Below, piece after piece: positions 25,320 through 38,325 of a stretch of 64,000 bases of DNA. The stretch lies in the NCBI GenBank assembly GCA_050575255.1, contig JBNZDD010013683.1:585877-649876 (forward strand), written 5' to 3'. The notes beneath the pieces were generated by a model. The model had not been told where the DNA came from. It was given only the letters and a program-made list of their open reading frames with translations, and searched no databases. A program made the position numbers and the translations under genes. Origin of the DNA: Harriotta raleighana. Its lineage: Eukaryota. The stretch's first letter is position 1. The number at the start of each line of letters is the position of its first letter.

Positions 25320-25490
25320 TCACATTTAGAGGGCATTTCAACGAACATCACACAGCTGACTGGGAGTCTGAGCTGGTGCATGTGTGTGCACGAGGCGGGG
25401 GTGGGTGGGGGAGTAACGTGGCTGAATGCATTGTCCAAAAGATAGATTTTCAGATGGATTTGAAAGGTGGGAAGGGAGAGGCCAAGGCAG
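25320..25490 (-). mobile_element. Degraded L2 3' end
   Basis: gcattgtccaaaagatagattttcagatggatttgaaagg resembles the reverse complement of the L2 FK..LKT.LF region. Confidence 0.55.
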
Positions 25491-25724
25491 AGGTGCTCAT
25501 TATTTCTCTCCAGCTAGGAGACAAACTTGTGCTAACTCCAGCTAGGAGACAAAAATGCCATGTGGAAAGAATGGGGAAAATTCTTTTCAAATACATTGTA
25601 ATCAATAACATGATTTTGTGTAGTGACATAACTATAATAATCCCTCCATTTGATATTGTGTTTCTGAATGTTTCAAAGTACTTCAGAGGGAATTACTGTC
25701 AAGTTCAGTGACTGCTTAATTGCA

Positions 25725-25855
25725 TAATAATAATAATTCTTACATTTGATATAGTGCCTTATCACGTCATTGAGATGTTTGAATGTGTTTCACAGAATGC
25801 TACTGTGCACTGACTGTATATTATAGGTAAACATGATAGCCAAATTGCACAAGGC
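25725..25855 (-). mobile_element. SINE 3' fragment
   Basis: aataataataattcttacatttgatatagtgccttatcacgtc. Confidence 0.85.
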
Positions 25856-26690
25856 AATTTAGGGAAGTGCTTGCTCTTATTAGGCATTCCATGAGCATAA
25901 GAATGAAAATTAATTCATACTAAGCATACAACTATCAACCTTTTGACTGAGAATGAAAAAAAATTTTTTTGTTTGTTTCCTCCCACTCCCATTGGAGCCC
26001 AAAATGTATTTTTATCAACTCTCAGCCATTATTCCACTCAAGTATCCTTGCTATGCCCCAACGTGGATATGGAATCCAACTATCACGTTAGTCAAATTTG
26101 AAGTCCTATTGGGTCAGTCATCAAAGGGCAAGGAGAAACAAAGGCTTTGACCTTATACTCTGGACAAGATGGGGAGAATTTATTGTATTCCAAAGGATTA
26201 GATCAAATTGTTCTTGTTCCTAAAGAGCTGCACTCAATGACTAATACTCTAACTCAAGTGGAAGCAGCTGCATGAGAAACAAGATGCATCATCCATTGGA
26301 GGAGGTGTGAGATCAGATTAACTGGGATAAGAAAAGCTGTGTGACAGCTCATCTTCTGTGTGACCTCCATGAGTGATCCCAGAATAATGACAAGTTGTAC
26401 CACCATCATTCTTCATTCGAGGCTGTCGAGGCAAACATGACAATGAACTTCAGTAGAAGTGCAAAAAAGGTGCTTTATTTGGACTTATAACACTCTTTTT
26501 TCTTCCCGGCAGTTGTTCAGACTGAACGAAAAAAGCTCGGACACCTCATGAACAACGGTGGGATTTTACGCGCCATTTTTGAGTTTCATCAGCGTTTTGC
26601 TGCGATAAATTAAACATGGACGCTCTAGGAATGGAGGGGAAATATTTGCGAGAATGTGTTTCGCTTTGATACAGTGACCACACAGAATCG

Positions 26691-26704
26691 GTTGCCATGG
26701 CAGC
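26691..26704. promoter_or_regulatory. RFX X-box-like motif
   Basis: GTTGCCATGGCAGC, 13/14 match to the palindromic X-box GTTGCCATGGCAAC, in repeat-free sequence. Confidence 0.45.
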
Positions 26705-27195
26705 TTTAGCCTTGACAAGGGAGGCTGCTCAGGGTTTTGTTTCTGGACTAGGAGGTTTGAGATTAGGAAAAAGTAATTATTGCCATAACGCAGTAACCCT
26801 GCTCTCTGAAATTTATATCTCATTCTGCAGGTAATCTTTTCCCTGAGGTCACTGAGTCTTCGGGAGGGTGGAGAGGCAACCCTCACACCCTGCACACAAT
26901 GTGCAGACAAATGGAGAGAGAGGTGGTAAGTAGCCTTTACTCTGTCTCTTAGGTGACAGGAAGAATGAGGAGCGGAATGAACTGAAAGCATTCGCCTTCT
27001 TCGCTTTATCAAATGCAAGGATTATTGTATTCTGGAAGGGATGAAACATGGTAGGAAATGCAAGTTTCTGACCTTCGCTATGTTTATGTTCCATGAAAAG
27101 GGATTTTGATCTGACTTCCACTCTCATTAGCTTTAGAGGGCTATACAAGGGTACGGAGGGGTGGGCTTTGCGAATCTTTAGAAGTGGTGCGAGAG

Positions 27196-27410
27196 TAATA
27201 ATCCTTGCATGGAGTGCATTATCACTTCAATGAGACCTTCCCAAGCATTTCATAGGAATTCCTGAAAGTATATTGACTGTGTATGTATTTAGGTGATTTC
27301 CCACAAATCATCCATGAAGTGAATGACCAATTTGATTTGGGGGATTGTTGGCCATGATACCAGGAGAAACCCCCTCCTCATTTTGAATGCTATGATATTA
27401 ACATATTCTA
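27196..27410 (-). mobile_element. Deu-type SINE fragment
   Basis: taataatccttgcat...gaatgaccaatttgatttgggggattgttggccatgataccaggagaaacccc. Confidence 0.7.
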
Positions 27411-28079
27411 CTTGTACTTCATGATTGACCTGTGATCTATAGGGTAAGGGCGAGGATTGTTTTAGACTTTGTAGATTCATTAATGTCACCTGCCTACTAT
27501 TTTGTGTCACTTTTTTCTGCTGCTCACTTTTCAGATGGTAAATAATGTGCGGTTACCAGATGAATAGTTCATTGAAAACGTTGCAAGCATAACTTTTTGT
27601 ACCCTAACTCCCAGGCTGATTTACTGGCAATATTTTACACATTAGGAGAACTCTCATCCTACAATCACAGTAATGACTTTTTTTTTGATGCATAGACTTA
27701 CAACAAAATTGCCACAAATCATCTTGCCCACTGAGATGCTATAATATAGAATTCCATTTGTCCTGTGCTGAAGGCTTATTAGACTCATTACCATTTCAAA
27801 TATGATTTCAAAAGCTTTCGCTATTTCAGGTTGCGGCTTTGGGTTGAGAAACACTTTGCAATATGTTCTTCTTCTGCGTTTTTAATCCTTCTGGAATATT
27901 AAAGAGTTGTATTCATACAGTATTTGCATTTAAATATATTTCATGCATTATTATATCGGAGAATGCATTTCTTATGCCTTTTGTGGTCAATTTTCACAGC
28001 AGCAGTATTTCCACACTGTGTTTGGATGTCCAGATTCCATTAACTAAACAGACTCAATAGGCTTCCTCTTGTTCCAACA

Positions 28080-28335
28080 GCTTGTTCAGGTGGAAATTCC
28101 ACCATCCATAGCACTATTCGAAAAGGGAAGCAAATTTCTCCCGGTGTCCTGGTCAACAATCTCCGAGATATAAATGGGTATTTAAATCAAGACAGTTATG
28201 GGATGTTGCAATGAGCAAATGGCTGCAGCTACAATATGCACAGATGAACTGCACTTTACGCTAAATACTGGGAAGTGCTTTGAGATTCTCCTTGATTGTA
28301 AAAGGAGCTGTGTCTAATGCAAGGATTTTTATTAT
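28080..28335 (+). mobile_element. Deu-domain SINE, headless
   Basis: tgttcaggtggaaatt...catagcactattcgaaaagggaagc...tctcccggtgtcctggtcaacaatc...atgcaaggatt. Confidence 0.8.
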
Positions 28336-28679
28336 TTAAAAATAAGCTGCATCAGGGAATCCAACAATATATTTAACCAAAGAACAAGCTCGATAAAGTA
28401 AAGCCAATCTTTATCAGTCACATCTACCCACTGGATGTATCACATCCATCAGGTCTTAACCATGTGTTTTCTAATTAAGTGGATTTTGTTTTTTTTTAAA
28501 AAGTCATTACATTATGGAAATATTTTAATTAACTTACGGTTTGATTTTTATAAAAAAGGTTAAAACACATAATTAAATTTCTAATCAAGGAATCAAGTTC
28601 AATAAATCTGAGTTGAAATAATTGCAATCATAGCTGTACTTCTGCAAATGGTTGCTCAACACTTCACTGGATTAATAAA

Positions 28680-29020
28680 TCTTGGCTGAGTTGGTAGCAC
28701 TATTGCTTCTGAGTCAGAAGATTGGATTCATGCCCGTGTTGGACCTTTGTACTCGAGATTCAGACTGACATTCCCTACAGAGTCCTGGGAGAGTATTATG
28801 TTGCTGGAGGTACCAACTTTCAAATGAATCATTAAAGTTAGGTCCCATCTGCATTTTCCAGACCAACATTAAAAATCCCACCGGACTATTGGAAAAGAGA
28901 ATGGAATTCCTCCCAGCGTCCCAGACAAGAATCCCCTGGGTAAGATATGTGCATATTGACAGCTGTGATTACAAACATCGCAGTCACTACACTTTACAGT
29001 GGTCCTGTGAAGTGCTTTGA
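28680..29020 (+). mobile_element. Deu-domain SINE
   Basis: cttggctgagttggtagcactattgcttctgagtcagaag head; ggaggtaccaactttcaaatgaatcattaaa; ttcctcccagcgtcccagacaa. Confidence 0.85.
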
Positions 29021-29673
29021 CACACACTGGTCTTCACAGTGAGTGAAATTGACAAGTCAGGGAGTAGAGTGCTGTGGGAACCTATGGAGCTATATCTCAG
29101 GGTACAAAACCACTCACTGGAGAGGTCAGGAGGAATCATAACATTCCCAAAGATTGTCTCGACCCTTCCAGCACCATGGCTGTCTCATCTATTTTGGTGC
29201 TATAAGGCTGTCGGCAACAACAGTGTTTTGGGGGAAAGAGAAACAGATGAGATTTCTTACCTTTGGCAGCCACCTTACTGGTTTGATTTGTAAAACTGAA
29301 TGATGGATTGCTCCGGCCATGTGATGTATCCACATCCATCAGCTGATTCTGGGCTTTCAGTTTGCTTGAAAAAAAATGACATTCAAGATTATTTTTCAGT
29401 CAGTCAAAAGTCAGTGCCCTGAAAGTTACTCCCATGTATTCAAAATGGAGATGAGTAATAATAATTAATAACTAACGATCCTTGCTTGTTGTATGTTTGA
29501 TAAGTTTGAAACATTTCTGAGCGTTTGACAAGTGATCCCTGTGGAATGTAGTGACTACGTATTTATAGGCAAATGCAGCAGCCACAATTTTACACACAGC
29601 AAGGTTCCCGCAAACAGTGAATGCGAACAGTCAAACTGAATGACCAGTTTGTCTGGAGGATTGATGGCCAGGT

Positions 29674-29902
29674 TATATGCTGGAAGGACAGAGGAAGAAA
29701 GTTAGCAAGTAATGCACAAGGTTTTAAACTACATTTGAAAGTTAAAAATAGGTTATGCTGCTAGGTTGAAATTTGTAAAATTAAAGANTATATGCTGGAA
29801 GGACAGAGGAAGAAAGTTAGCAAGTAATGCACAAGGTTTTAAACTACATTTTAAAGTTAAAAATAGGTTATGCTGCTAGGTTGAAATTTGTAAAATTAAA
29901 GA
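29674..29902. other. Assembly artefact: 114-bp duplication around a single N
   Basis: 29674-29787 and 29789-29902 are near identical, with N at 29788. Confidence 0.9.
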
Positions 29903-30029
29903 ATACCAAGATGACCATAATCCTTGCAATTTGATGTCTCATATTATCACATCATATCACTCTGAGAGATTGAGAAAAAAATACTTTTGATACTGGGTGA
30001 GCTTTATTTTAATTTATTCATAACCCCTA

Positions 30030-30125
30030 CCCCTTCCCCAACCACCAGCTCAGGTGCAGATCTCTGATCATCCAGCTCCTTGGGACGTCCTACTGGCAGG
30101 AAAGGCACTACGCAAATGTAATTTG
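30030..30125 (+). mobile_element. L2 3' tail
   Basis: ccttgggacgtcctactggcaggaaaggcactacgcaaatgtaattt. Confidence 0.75.
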
Positions 30126-30290
30126 TGCTTCTTGTCTTCATGCATCCGAAAGTATTGTTCAGGTTTCACTTTTTCAGACTTAGACAGCATTGTAAGATCC
30201 CCTCTGCGACGTCTCTTTTCGAGAACCCCAGCCTGTGTAATCTTCCCATGGTGCTCGTTACTACTCTGCATTCCTCAAGAGCCTGGGTAG
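30126..30290 (-). mobile_element. CR1 ORF2 C-terminal fragment
   Basis: ORF 30068..30271(-) contains LEKRRRRGDL...EKVKPEQYF, the CR1 LEKRRLRGDL motif. Confidence 0.8.
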
Positions 30291-30454
30291 CTGCCTTATG
30301 CATTCATTTCAGCATGATAGAAGCTGAGCTCAAAATCAAGGTGGACGGGCGTGATACTGTATCGCTGTCATAAGACTTCAGTTACTGAGCAAATCATTGC
30401 TTCAGACACATCAACATTAAAGGATCTAAATTACGTGCCTTTTTTCATCCACAT

Positions 30455-30875
30455 CTGCTGTGTGCAATTGGCTGCCGCGTTCCGCTCACAAATGTAGAGT
30501 CAATTCACTTTACAGTATTTTCTGTGCAGACGTCTAGAAGACATGAAAAACACTACCTCAAACACAAGGATTATTATTATTACTATTATTATCATTAATA
30601 TATCTGATCATGATCTGTTTGTGACGTTCTGTAGCTCACTGGTTAGAGCATTCACAGGTGAGAGACCTGGATTTGATTCCAGGCAGGTCAGGGCGAAACC
30701 TTGGGTAGGTTTCCATACTCCATACACCTAATAATAATCATTCGAATAAAAAACAATAATGATTTGGTCACTCAATCTATGACTGTTTATGGGACACTGC
30801 TTTGCGCAATCCACTGCTGCATTTTGCCCACAAATATACACTTAATTCACTTTACAGCAGATTCTGTGAAGTACT
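30455..30875 (+). mobile_element. SINE 3' fragment followed by a 3'-truncated SINE
   Basis: Core and tail at 30455-30590; head ctgtagctcactggttagagcattc at about 30629, then the CORE-like motif and core. Confidence 0.9.
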
Positions 30876-31647
30876 TATTTAAATGGCATTCATGTTGGAA
30901 ATACAAGAAAGTCGAAATAGGAAGCATTTTTTAAATTAAAAAATGTAATCCAGATATGATCGGCTTCTCCAACATCAAAGCCATCAACTCCCAGATGTCC
31001 CACAGAGAGGCAGTATGGAATTTTTCTCCAGTTCTCTTGACATTCAGTAAGGAGCAAAATTCTATTTCTCAATTCCCTTGCGTTCCGGTGATGGCTGCCA
31101 TCGTGCGAAACTGCGAGTGAAACCTCGACTCAGGAAAAATATCACTTTGTTCCCCCGGGATGGTGAGTGAGTGTGTGGCAGTGACCCACACCACCTTAAT
31201 GCAAATGTCACTCATCTTTACGAAGCAGAGGATTTGTTGTCATTAAAAAGACTTGGAAATGAGCTGCATTCAAACTGAAGGCAGCTCAATGTCAGGGTAA
31301 AGCATTATCCTTTCAAATCTTGTTGAAACCGTCGTAGTTATTGCAAACTTATTGCTCCCATTGTATTGAACATGGTTGGTTCCACTTCATGACCAAGGAG
31401 TACGTTCGAACAACTCGCTTATATACACCAATCCAGACTCTTTCTCTCAGTTAAAAATGGCTAGAACCCTTATTAAATTCACTTGCTGGGATTAAATAGT
31501 GCCATGCCTTATTTACAAACTTCAATAAACTCCAACAATTCCTTAAATAATGATTTTTCTGCTAGATATAGATAGAAGATTTAGATGTACATAAATATTT
31601 CTACGTGTATTAATTCTCAGGCATGCAATATTATAATATAATATTGT

Positions 31648-31970
31648 GGAGATCCTGTGGCTCAGTAGTTAGAGCACTCGCCTTACAAGCATGAGATCTG
31701 TGTTCGAATCCAGGCAGATCAGGGCGAAACCTTGGGCAAGTTTCTTTACTCCACATGCCTAATAATAATCCCTCCAAAAAAACCACAATAATAAAGTTGC
31801 TCATTTCAATCTATGACTGTTTGTGGGACACTGTTGTGCGCAATTGGCTGCCGCGTTCCGCCCACAAATATACAGTCAATTTACTTTACAGTATATTCTG
31901 TGAAGCGCTTTAGGACGTCGATAAGATGTGAAAAGCGCTATATCAAATGCTAGGATTATTATGATTATTT
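31648..31970 (+). mobile_element. Full-length young tRNA-derived SINE
   Basis: Intact A-box (tggctcagtagttagagc) and B-box (gttcgaatcc), CORE-like motif, core, stem-loop tail and (ATT)n. Confidence 0.95.
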
Positions 31971-33648
31971 AATCCAGTCGCCAGCACATCCTGCTTGCAT
32001 CGCAGTTGAAGCTCAAAGTACAAACACATTTTTTTTAAAAGAAAAATCATATGAACATTTGTTTCGTTTCACTTGGCTATAGTTATCGTTTCCTATTCAT
32101 GTGCGTTCAGCACCCAGCGTCGCAGATTAAAAACGAGGACTTTATAGAGAACCTTAACAGCTGCAGAGAAACCAGTAGCAAGACATGCTGGAGAATGTTC
32201 CCCTTGATCTGCGTTGTATCTATCTGCTATTTAATCTATAAACCACCCAAGGGCAACAACTCATTGTACACAAGCTTTCAACCCTAATTGGGTTACTCTG
32301 TGCAAACATATTAAATAAATAAGCATTTTCAAATCTCTCTTAAAGTTGTAATCTTTTGGCTGCTCTGCATTTCCCAGTGATAGATGCCATTCAGTGGCAG
32401 GATTCTGGGTTAGCTCAGGTTTCTGTGGCAATCGCTTTGAAATTGGTATTTTGTTATTCCTCAGTGGGGGGAAAGAAACCTGCCTTTACTTTCTAAATGA
32501 AGTAATAGCAACGGAGATTTTCCCAAGTATGTGGTAAAATCCATTTGATGTGATAATCATTGCCTCTGACTTTATGTGAAATGTTACAGCTTTTAGCCCT
32601 ATGTCGATATTATTTGTCAACCCTGCCTACAATTTTAATTTGATAAGTCTTTTCCCGAGTGTGTGGTGGAAGACTAATGCAATGTTATATGCCCAAAATG
32701 GGTTTGAATGATTTTGAAATATTTCCAAGGTAATAATTGCAATATTTACTAGGCAAAGACATGAGTAAACGTGGGACGTTCCCCAGCATTTCCATCTTGA
32801 TCACTAACATTTGTTTTGCTCACAAAATACACAGTCGCTGCACTTTACAGGGTAGACCTGCAAGAGCTTTCAGTTGGAACTTCAAATGCTTCCTTCCATC
32901 GTGCAATTCTTTTGCTATTTTTGTTCTCGTAGCTTATTGCTTGAACTCGCTGGAGAAGCCACTGTCTTCGCAATTGAACCAGAACTACAATTACTCAACA
33001 GTCCGCATGTTAGACTGACAAAACAAAGGCTAGCCTGCTCGCCTGCATTTTTCACTGTGCTTCTTCAGTTGCGCAAAGTATGGAAGTCCTGTTGCAGGCA
33101 CCTGGGTTGATTTAACAGTGATGTTAAGCAATGAAAATCTGTCGCTCGCAATTCTTGCAGTGCATAGCTCAGTGGCCCCTCAAGCTGCTGTTATCGCTCT
33201 GTGGATTCTGAAAGCATCCTGGATAACGCGTGGTTGCCTCCATGCTGATCTGTTGACAACAGCTCAGTGAGTGGTGTGGCATTTTGGACGAGGTGGCCCA
33301 TAAAGTGCTGGATGAGGAATCTCCAACAGACTTTTGATGACAAATCTGAAATCAACAAGGGCAATGTGTTATTCAAATGGTAACCGCAGGAAGTGTTCAT
33401 TCAATAACTCTAATCCAGAAAGTGAACAGCAATCGTTTTGTACCATTGATGTATTTCCTTGTACTGCTGTTAAGGCATGATTGTATATAACTGAATTCAA
33501 TGCCACCTATGCCCGACTTGTATTCAGAAAGTTTTTAGTGCTTAACTGCTCTCCTTTTATTTTTGTGCACTGCTTTGTCAATATGTACTGTACACAGTGG
33601 AAGTGTTTGATATTTCTTGTTGTGTGTAGTGAAGCATCTTTACACAGT

Positions 33649-33946
33649 GGAGTCCTGTAACTCAGTGGTTAGAGCACTCACAAGCGAGAGATCTGGATTC
33701 GATTCCTGGCAGGGCAAAACTTTTAGCAAGTTTCATTACTTCACACACCAGTTAATAATCCCTGAAGAAACAAAAATAACTGATTGGTCCCTTCAATCGA
33801 TGACTATTTGTGGGACACTGCGTGCACAAAATAGCTACCATATTTTGTCCATAAATATACAGTCAATTCACTTTACAGTGAAGCTCTTTGAGATGTCTAG
33901 AAGGCGTGAAAAGCGCTATATCAAATGCAAGGATTAGTATTATTAT
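33649..33946 (+). mobile_element. Full-length diverged SINE
   Basis: ggagtcctgtaactcagtggttagagcactc...ggattcgattcc...aaaagcgctatatcaaatgcaaggattag. Confidence 0.9.
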
Positions 33947-34919
33947 ATCGCATGGTTTATTTTACATTTACCATTTCTTTCGGTTAACCCTAGTTTAGAC
34001 TGTCATCATTGGTGCACACTGCACCAAGCAACCATATTCATACGTTGTCTCTCACAATTAAATCTACCAATTGAAGACAGTGACCAGGAAATAGGAAGGG
34101 GAAGGTGACTGAAGGACAGTTGAAGTGATCGAGTTTTATTTTCGATGGAAACTCGAAACTCAGATGAGGGGAGAAAGGCAGGAAAGAGAAACGGTTTTAG
34201 GAAAGAGTTCAGAAGTATCGTGGTTGAAGGCTCAGACTCTTCTGGCAAGTTTGAATGAAAGTTCTCTCTCCAATAGAGAACCCGACCAATCACCGGCCCA
34301 TGTCTTTTACTGAACAATTTATTCAGAGTGATGATGGATTCTGAGGTTCAATGGAAGGCTGTTTCTTTCAGAAACCTCAGGGAATAGATCACAATCATTT
34401 TTTTCTTATGTTGTCCCAAAATACTGGGAACAAATAGAAAGAAAAAATACAATGGTTACAATGGAGTCTGTTAGGTGGTGTGTCTGCCTTTAACACATTT
34501 TTTCGGGGGATTTCTCAAAAAGCAATTGCCACACAATGGATCCCAGTTGTTTTCTGTAGACCATATTTCAATTCCTCTTTCTCCAGCTCCTTCTTTACCC
34601 GCCTACCTCAAGAATTGGGTTGGTGATCCTTTTATTTACCCTTGTCAAGCACTTAACTTGTGGCATCAATCACGAGCGCGCTCAAATATTTCAGGGAATG
34701 CACTACTGTTGACCGTTGGTTGGAATATTTTCGCCGGTTTCGTCTCACTGCAACTTTGAATCTGGGTAAGAACATTCAATCCAGAGAACTATGGAACCAA
34801 ACAAACGTATGGTGCAGTTGGTATTTTTTTTTGTGTTCATTCTTACTTTGATACAACATCAGACAAAACAAGAACAAAATTACATTTGTAAAGCCAGGGC
34901 GGCCAGCAAACTCTCAGAT

Positions 34920-35135
34920 ACAAAAATTGTCATTCACCTTATGTCTGTTTGTGGGACATTGATGTGCGCAAATTGGATGCCAAGTTTGCCTACTAATATA
35001 ATCATTATACTTCACAGTGCAATCCTGTGAAGCATTTAGAGCACTTTGATAAGCTGCTTTATCCATCACAAGCAATATTCAGTGTCCTCCCGATGTGAAT
35101 GGTGCTCTATAAATGTAATGTTGTTATTATTATTT
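34920..35135 (+). mobile_element. SINE core plus L2 tail
   Basis: gtttgtgggacattgatgtgcgcaaattgg, then gtcctcccgatgtgaatggtgctctataaatgtaatgttg. Confidence 0.75.
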
Positions 35136-35999
35136 TGATAATGAGCAATCAGGTCAACAGTCAATGCTAAAATATTTATCACTAGCAACTTAGTTGTAGA
35201 AAAATGAGATGATAGTTGAGTCTTTGTTGAGTTATTCTCTGTTGTCTCCTCCCATAGCCATAAATAGTATGAAATAGCTCAGATTTTAACCAATTATGAT
35301 TACTGTCAAATTGGTTTCTGGTACATCAGAGTGGCAGCTTTATTAACAAAGTAAATATTACCAATCGGTAATTCATAACATAGTAAAATGCTACCTTTTA
35401 GAAAATAGAAACAATCCTTTTTCCCTTCACCGAGTCTTTCCTGCAGCTTTAAAAGACAGTCTTGAGTTTGGATTAAATTGATAGAAATTTGAGAACTGCT
35501 GTAACCTGTCCTTATTCCCTTGTCAAATGGGTAAGACTGAGAGTGCGAGGCTGAGAATTATGTTTGGCTTAATGCGTGTTGGGTAATGTTAGGATGCTGC
35601 ATCCAAAAGTTCAGCTTTCTCGACAGTGAAATATTATTTTCAGTGATGAGTATTTTTCCTTTTTCTGTCTCCTGTTTATAGTTTTTTTTTCAAAGAAAAC
35701 CTACCTCTTCGAGGAAAGCAGCATTTTCAGTTAGTAGCTCCAAGAAATGGTCAGGTAACATCAGTAACTGGGAGCCTCCTTCACCATGACAGAGATCCTT
35801 GTCACTTCTGGGTGACAATCGAGTTGTCATTCATTCTTTCACTGAGTACCAGGCATATGTGACCGTCCTTCTAACCACAGAACACATGATAACTGTGGAA
35901 CTTCAATATTGAAATACTAACTTGTTCCTAAGTACTAAATTCACCATTATGTGCTAATTCTGCCATCAGCTTTCAGTCTGTTTGTGTGACTCAATCCTA

Positions 36000-36185
36000 G
36001 AGCCTCTCTAACTGGCAACCTCCCTCAATTCTTTCAAGGTTTGTTTCAAGTCCTACCTTTTTGACCGCGCTTTCGATCATCTCCTCCCCCCACTCCCCCT
36101 ACCCTCAGCTTGGGGTCTGAGCCAGGATTGTTAAGCACCTTCGCACTTCCTCCGGCTATGAAAGGCGTCACATAAACGGAAGTTT
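36000..36185 (+). mobile_element. L2 3' end
   Basis: ttcaaggtttgtttcaagtcctacctttttgaccgcgctttc...tgaaaggcgtcacataaa. Confidence 0.8.
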
Positions 36186-38174
36186 TATACTGCATTATAT
36201 TGTAGAAAAGAGTTTGCCTTCAATTCAATTTTAGGGAGTTTTATTAATTAAAATAACAACGCTCTTGAAAATATCTCAGAATATTCATAAATGCATTTGT
36301 TCCCATTGAAGTGCTTGTCTCTGGCCTGGTAAGTGAATGACCACTGGCTGTGTAAAGACCATTAATAATGAAAGTATGGTCCATTGCGGAAATGGCTCCT
36401 GTGGATCAAGAATAAATGACTTTATTCTAAATTATGTTCGTTTTGTGGACTAAACCCCCGCTGGCAACTTTCAGGACGTTCACTTGGCTTGTCTCACTGA
36501 CCTGCAAGCCATTTGTTATTTGAAGAACCTTGACAAGTGATTTTAACAATGTAGGGCTAAAGGCTGACTGAACCAATGCTTTTGCAAGATCACAGCATGT
36601 CTTTGGCGGTAAGAAAAGTGCACTAAAATAAATCAGGCTCTCCAACATATTGACAGTGCAGAGGGAGCAAAGAAAAAAAAAAGTTCTCGTTTTATAAAAC
36701 AAGGAACGGTTCATAAATAGCAAGAACATGACCCCTTCCAAATAAAGCACTGCATCAACTATAGTATTTGGCACCTAAAAAAAAGTCTTTCCTTCATGAA
36801 ATAGATCATTTGAAACATGATAAAAGTTGTTGAATCCACTCTTGTTCCCGTAGCTATAGATTTCTAAACGCTAATTTATTATTTAAAGAACTCAGAACCT
36901 GGTGCACATGCACGTTTAGATTAATAAATAATCATAACAAAAGGCATTGATCATTATGTAACTTTATGTCCTGTCCCCATCACTCCATAGGTTATTGTCA
37001 AGTTAAATCCCAGCCTCATAGCTCCCTTGCAAAGGTTTTGACAAAATGTAATTTCTTCGCAATGACCCAACACAATATTTCTTTTATATAAAAAAATATT
37101 TGTTTCAATAAACTGTTTGCATTCTATAAGGTGCACACTTAGATTAAGCATAAAGTACTCAGTCCAGAGTACCGAGTGTGTTTTTCTTTAAAAGATACTG
37201 TAATACACAGGGAAAGCAATAGGAGGAAACAAAAGCAATTGATTTTAATGAGGCCTTGCTGTGGTATATTTGGATGCATTCTTTCATATCTAATCTTGTC
37301 CTCATCCCCTTCCTTAGGCCATTGCTGTTTCATTCTCCAATGTCATAGCTAACCTTACAAAAACTATCCCTTGGGAACGGAAATCATATAGAAAGTCTCA
37401 TCAAATCATTAGCAAGCTCAGCCACACACAAAAAAGCCATTTATCATAGTCATTGGAAGGCCATAGGAGTTCCTGATGATTTTTTGAGATAACTACAAAC
37501 CCATCAACTGCCGTCCCTAAACCTGTGGTCTTTTTACTTAGAACCTGAAGTCTTATCACAGCGAATGCATTACCACTATTTGCATTAGTTCTTTAATGCT
37601 TCTAAAGTAGTCACACAGTATGGGAGGCTACCCTGCGTGAGGGGCGCTATGTAACTGAAAGGCGATGAATACGAATAGTCGGAATGCAGTTAACACAGAT
37701 TTGATCTGCAGGTTTAATGTACGATTGAAAATCCATGAGGTTGTTTGCAAATCATTTGTATAACTTTAAATGTGCTTTAAATTCAGTCTGAACTTTTCAA
37801 AAACTAAAATGCTTCCAATAACTATTTTGGTGTTGATCCGCTGGCAAATAAGCTTAAGGAAATATAGTCTACAGGTGAAAAAGATAAAGGCTTGAAGAAG
37901 TATGGACTAGGGCGTGATAGTGGGATTGAATGGGTGGCCTATTGAGAAGTGATGGGACAATTATCCTTCTGTGCTTTAAGCTTCTGTCATTCTCCGATAC
38001 GAAAACTCTATAGGCGCTATATAAATGCAAGTTGTTGTTGTTGGCTGGTTCATTATAAAGCTGGGATTGAGCTATGGTGTCCACAACAGTTCTATCTGTG
38101 ATGTACAATATGTATGAGTTACGTTGCTCCATAGTGATATGAAGGGTTGAAAACCAAACTGTGCTGATCAATAG

Positions 38175-38325
38175 TAATAACAACTTTGTGCACTTATACA
38201 GCGCCTTGAACAGCTTTACTTGGACCCTGTGGAAACCAGGGAAAAAGTGGGCAAGCAGGGTGAATGGACTCAAAGTGATCGAAGGCACAGTCAAAGAGGT
38301 AGGTCTTTAAAAGGGTTTTGAAAAT
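38175..38325 (-). mobile_element. L2 3' end
   Basis: cacttatacagcgccttg...gaaggcacagtcaaagaggtaggtctttaaaagggttttgaa. Confidence 0.75.

Noticed and set aside
25508-25555. 18-bp direct repeat ctccagctaggagacaaa
   Set aside because: Only two copies with a 10-nt spacer; a local duplication, not an array or CRISPR.
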